Positions 29,728-32,000 of a stretch of 32,000 nt of DNA are shown here, piece by piece. The notes below the pieces were generated by a model. That model ran no database searches, was not told where the DNA came from, and worked only from the letters and a program-made list of their open reading frames with translations. Within the stretch, counting starts at the first letter, position 1; each line of letters opens with the position of its first letter. Source of the stretch: Mycolicibacterium smegmatis (GTDB lineage Bacteria; Actinomycetota; Actinomycetes; Mycobacteriales; Mycobacteriaceae); NCBI RefSeq assembly GCF_001457595.1, contig NZ_LN831039.1, positions 4,290,001-4,322,000 on the forward strand, in the 5' to 3' direction. The translations under genes and the position numbers were made by a program.

Positions 29728-30159
29728 TCAGATGATGTCGCGCAGAGTTTCATCGGTGGCCGCGGAGAAGTTCTCTTCGTGGGCTTGCTGGTACTCCTGC
29801 CAGGCTTGTGCGTCCCAGATCTCCAGGTAGTCGACGGAGCCGATCACCACGCAGTCCTTGGAGAGGTTCGCGTAGCGACGGTGATCCGCCGACAGCGTGA
29901 TACGGCCCTGCGCATCGGGATGCTGCTCGTCGGTTGCGGCGGCCAGGCTGCGCAGGAAGGCGCGTGCCTCCGGATTGCTCCGGGAAGCCTGCGACGCACG
30001 CCGGGCCAGTTTCTCGAACTCATCGCGGGGATACACGGCAAGGCTGTGATCTTGGCTCTTGGTGACCATCAACCCTCCTGCCAGTGCGTCGCGAAATTTG
30101 GCGGGCAGTGTGAGCCGCCCCTTGTCATCGAGCTTGGGCGTGTAGGTACCCAGGAACAC
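29728..30159 (-). CDS. mraZ: Transcriptional regulator MraZ
   Basis: The start is trimmed to GTG 30159-30157, preceded by GGGAGGTGG. 143 aa beginning (M)[22 protein letters not shown], with the second DxxxR-type repeat [14 protein letters not shown]. Confidence 0.93.
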   Translation of the reverse strand: MFLGTYTPKLDDKGRLTLPAKFRDALAGGLMVTKSQDHSLAVYPRDEFEKLARRASQASRSNPEARAFLRSLAAATDEQHPDAQGRITLSADHRRYANLSKDCVVIGSVDYLEIWDAQAWQEYQQAHEENFSAATDETLRDII

Positions 30160-30240
30160 CTGAGCCACCTCCCGCCACCCGGTTCGGATTCCGAGTCGCT
30201 TCGCCCTCCCCGAACGGGGTTCCGATCTCCCCGTCGACCG

Positions 30241-30284
30241 CCACTTTACCCCACGATCCCCCACTTTGCTCCATTTGGCGCCAC
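30241..30284 (-). promoter_or_regulatory. Array A: five GTGG-core direct repeats at exact 10-nt phase (two are AAAGTGG); candidate MraZ operator overlapping a TAAAGT -10-like hexamer
   Basis: The plus strand shows CCAC at 30241, 30251, 30261 and 30281, and CCAT at 30271. CCACTTT occurs at 30241-30247 and 30261-30267. The array lies 82-125 nt upstream of the mraZ GTG. Confidence 0.55.
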
Positions 30285-30324
30285 CGATTGGCGATTCCGC
30301 CCCACGTTCACCCCCTTCCGCACC

Positions 30325-30340
30325 ACTCCGCAGGCGGAGT
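30325..30340. promoter_or_regulatory. Perfect 16-bp palindrome ACTCCGCAGGCGGAGT; candidate dimeric regulator site
   Basis: Read directly. It lies between arrays A and B, 166-181 nt upstream of mraZ. Confidence 0.3.
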
Positions 30341-30399
30341 TTCGGGTGAGAAGTTGCGAGGTTGCGATAAACCCGCAGGTGAGAGCGCCCGCGACTGCG

Positions 30400-30427
30400 G
30401 TGGGGCGAAGTGGGGGCGAAAGTGGGG
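30400..30427 (+). repeat. Array B: three GTGGGG direct repeats (GAAGTGGGGG, GAAAGTGGGG), inverted relative to mraZ
   Basis: GTGGGG at 30400-30405, GTGGGGG at 30410-30416 and GTGGGG at 30422-30427, with spacings of 10 and 12 nt. Confidence 0.5.
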
Positions 30428-30534
30428 ACGCTGCCGAATCGTTATCCAGCACGACGCGACACGGCCCCGAAAAACTGCGCTGGGCGTCGCTCCGGCGTGT
30501 CGCCGGGCGCTTCGAGGGGCCGATTCACGGACGG

Positions 30535-30582
30535 GTGGGGCCGGGTGGGGCGACCCGTGGGGAAAGGTGGGGAGAGTCGGGG
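30535..30582 (+). repeat. Array C: five GTGGGG-type direct repeats, inverted relative to mraZ; also G-quadruplex competent
   Basis: GTGGGG at 30535, 30545, 30557 and 30567, and GTCGGGG at 30576, with spacings of 10, 12, 10 and 9 nt. Confidence 0.5.
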
Positions 30583-30630
30583 ACGTTCACCATGCTCGGG
30601 CGCGCAGACCCGGACGCCATCGAGGGCATG

Positions 30631-30659
30631 AAAAAGGGGCAGCCCTCGCGGACCACCCC
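30631..30659 (-). terminator. Intrinsic terminator of the DUF3040 gene: 10-bp stem, GCGA tetraloop, U5 tail
   Basis: The minus-strand RNA is GGGGUGGUCC-GCGA-GGGCUGCCCC-UUUUU (7 Watson-Crick and 3 G-U pairs), starting 23 nt after the stop codon. On the opposite strand the three G-U pairs become C-A mismatches. Confidence 0.65.
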
Positions 30660-30681
30660 TGAGCCGTTGGCGCCTTGCCGG

Positions 30682-31083
30682 TCAGTTGTCGAAGCGCCGG
30701 CGGAAACGGTCTTCCATGCGGTTGGTGAACGACCCACCGCCGCGCTGCTTGCGCTGTCGTGTCGGACCGGACGGCGCCGAGGACTTGTCGACGCCACCGG
30801 CGACGCGCGGGCCGGTGATGGCGAACACCACGCCGCCGAACATCACGATGAAACCTATGACCGAGAGGATCGGGAATCCGCCGATCATCAAAGCCTTGAC
30901 TGCGACACCGGTGACCAGCATCGCCAGACCGAGAACGAACAAACCCGCGCCGTAGATCCTGCGACGCGCCGAGGGCGCGCGTAGAGTCCCACCCCGAACG
31001 CTCGACGCGAACTTGGGATCCTCGGCATAGAGCGCGCTCTCGATCTGATCGAGCATGCGCTGCTCATGATCGGAGAGTGGCAT
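30682..31083 (-). CDS. DUF3040-family small membrane protein (Rv2169c-like)
   Basis: The start is trimmed to ATG 31083-31081, preceded by AAGGAGGG. It begins MPLSDHEQRMLDQIESALYAEDPKF, the hallmark DUF3040 N-terminus, and has two TM helices. 133 aa. Confidence 0.85.
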   Translation of the reverse strand: MPLSDHEQRMLDQIESALYAEDPKFASSVRGGTLRAPSARRRIYGAGLFVLGLAMLVTGVAVKALMIGGFPILSVIGFIVMFGGVVFAITGPRVAGGVDKSSAPSGPTRQRKQRGGGSFTNRMEDRFRRRFDN

Positions 31084-31300
31084 TCGTCCCTCCTTGCCGA
31101 CGCGACCGTCGCTCCGTAAATGTCCACCGGTGCCCGCCATTACGGACACCTAACAATAATGATACGAGGTCGATCCGAGCCGTACCACCTTGTTCAGCAT
31201 CGATTGTAGGCGTTCGCTGGGAGTGTGACGGCCATCCGCCCAGCCTGATAATGGCTCCAGATAATGAGTAGGGCAGGACTCACATGAGCGCACACCCCGT

Positions 31301-31957
31301 GTGCCCGTGAACTCGAGGACTTTGGCGGCAACGGAGGCGATGGCGGCGATGGCGACGTATCTCATTGATCTGTCGCCCGAGGACATGCAGCGCCGACTCC
31401 CCGACGCGCTGCGGGTCTACGTCGACGCGATGCGCTACCCCCGCGGCACCGAAGAACAGCGCGCGGCCCTGTGGCTCGAACACACCCGTAGGCAGGGTTG
31501 GAAAGCCGTGGCGGCAGTCGAATTCGGAACCGACGACGGGTCGCACCCCGAGACGCCGTCGCGCGACGATCTCGTCGCCGCCCCGCTGCTGGGCATCGCC
31601 TACGGCTACTGCGGCGCCCCGGATCAGTGGTGGCAACAACAGGTGGTCTCCGGGCTGCACCGCATCGGAGCGACCCGCGAACAGATCGCCGAGCTGATGT
31701 CGAGCTACTTCGAGCTGACCGAACTGCACATCGAACCACGGGCTCAGGGACGCGGACTCGGCGAGGCACTGGTCCGCCGGCTACTCGCCGACCGTGGTGA
31801 ATCTCACGTGTTGTTGTCGACACCCGAGATCAACGGCGAGGCCAATCGGGCCTGGCGTCTGTACCGGCGCCTGGGGTTCACCGACGTGATCCGCGGCTAC
31901 CACTTTGCCGGCGACCCCCGCGCGTTCGCGATCCTCGGCCGGCCCCTGCCCCTGTAG
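31301..31957 (+). CDS. GNAT-family N-acetyltransferase (Rv2170-like)
   Basis: It carries the acetyl-CoA motif A context ELHIEPRAQGRGLGEALVRRLL and the C-terminal NRAWRLYRRLGF. The start is uncertain: GTG 31301, or ATG 31340 / 31349 just after GGAGG. Confidence 0.8.
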   Translation: MPVNSRTLAATEAMAAMATYLIDLSPEDMQRRLPDALRVYVDAMRYPRGTEEQRAALWLEHTRRQGWKAVAAVEFGTDDGSHPETPSRDDLVAAPLLGIAYGYCGAPDQWWQQQVVSGLHRIGATREQIAELMSSYFELTELHIEPRAQGRGLGEALVRRLLADRGESHVLLSTPEINGEANRAWRLYRRLGFTDVIRGYHFAGDPRAFAILGRPLPL

Positions 31958-32000
31958 GCCACACGCGCTTCCTGTCGAACCGAGGCGGCCCGATCTGGCA

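Noticed and set aside
30400-30582. Whether the short direct repeats could be a degenerate CRISPR array.
   Set aside because: The repeat units are only 6-7 nt at about 10-nt phase, so there are no spacers of 25-40 nt. There is no repeat of 23-50 nt and there are no cas genes in the window.
30288-30662. Plus-strand ORFs of 124 and 73 aa in the mraZ upstream region, rich in Trp, Gly and Arg.
   Set aside because: The composition is a direct result of translating the GTGGGG repeat arrays (…KWGRKWGR…, …GWGDPWGKVGRVG…). There is no Shine-Dalgarno motif, and third-position G/C is not enriched as in real genes. The ORFs also run head-on into the DUF3040 terminator.
30160-30681. Whether the unusually long mraZ upstream gap hides a mobile element. 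As I recall, M. tuberculosis H37Rv carries an IS6110 copy in the equivalent interval.
   Set aside because: There is no transposase-like ORF on either strand, no terminal inverted repeats and no target-site duplication. The gap is filled by short phased repeats and palindromes instead.
1-32000. A scan for tRNA, rRNA, tmRNA or riboswitch-like structures in the larger intergenic regions (251-401, 7069-7261, 10150-10389, 14239-14484, 30160-30681, 31084-31300).
   Set aside because: I found no cloverleaf-compatible arms and no conserved riboswitch cores that I can recognise by eye. This negative is weak without covariance-model searches such as Infernal/Rfam or tRNAscan-SE.

Overview
High-GC actinobacterial chromosome. 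Gene content and order match the mycobacterial division and cell wall (dcw) region, like Mycolicibacterium smegmatis and syntenic with M. tuberculosis Rv2144c-Rv2170. About 22 kb (9.3-31.1 kb) on the minus strand reads mraZ-rsmH-ftsL-like-ftsI(pbpB)-murE-murF-mraY-murD-ftsW-murG-murC-ftsQ-ftsZ-pgeF(yfiH)-yggS(ylmE)-sepF-yggT-wag31, followed by a small membrane protein with an acidic tail. A DUF3040 gene and a GNAT gene lie upstream of mraZ. The left 9 kb is accessory metabolism. It holds a truncated permease gene, a GntR regulator, and a tctC-tctB-tctA-usp operon for a tripartite tricarboxylate transporter. That operon is divergent from a CitA/CitB-like two-component system, which is followed by a class I glutamine amidotransferase and a phosphoribosyltransferase. 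I found no rRNA, tRNA, CRISPR array, IS element or recognisable defence or toxin module. Most long ORFs in the track are GC-driven antisense or out-of-frame artefacts, and several real genes needed their starts trimmed. The least explained sequence is the 522-nt mraZ upstream region. It contains three phased arrays (13 copies) of GTGG(GG) MraZ-box-like repeats, two of them inverted relative to mraZ. It also holds a G-quadruplex-competent tract, a perfect 16-bp palindrome and a strand-specific intrinsic terminator. Other points worth a second look are a sharp AT-rich synonymous-codon island inside ylmE, a 9-bp-stem hairpin between sepF and yggT, an in-frame hexanucleotide repeat in the ftsW tail, and candidate operators (GntR, CRP-like). 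All calls rest on reading the sequence and translations by eye. No searches were run.
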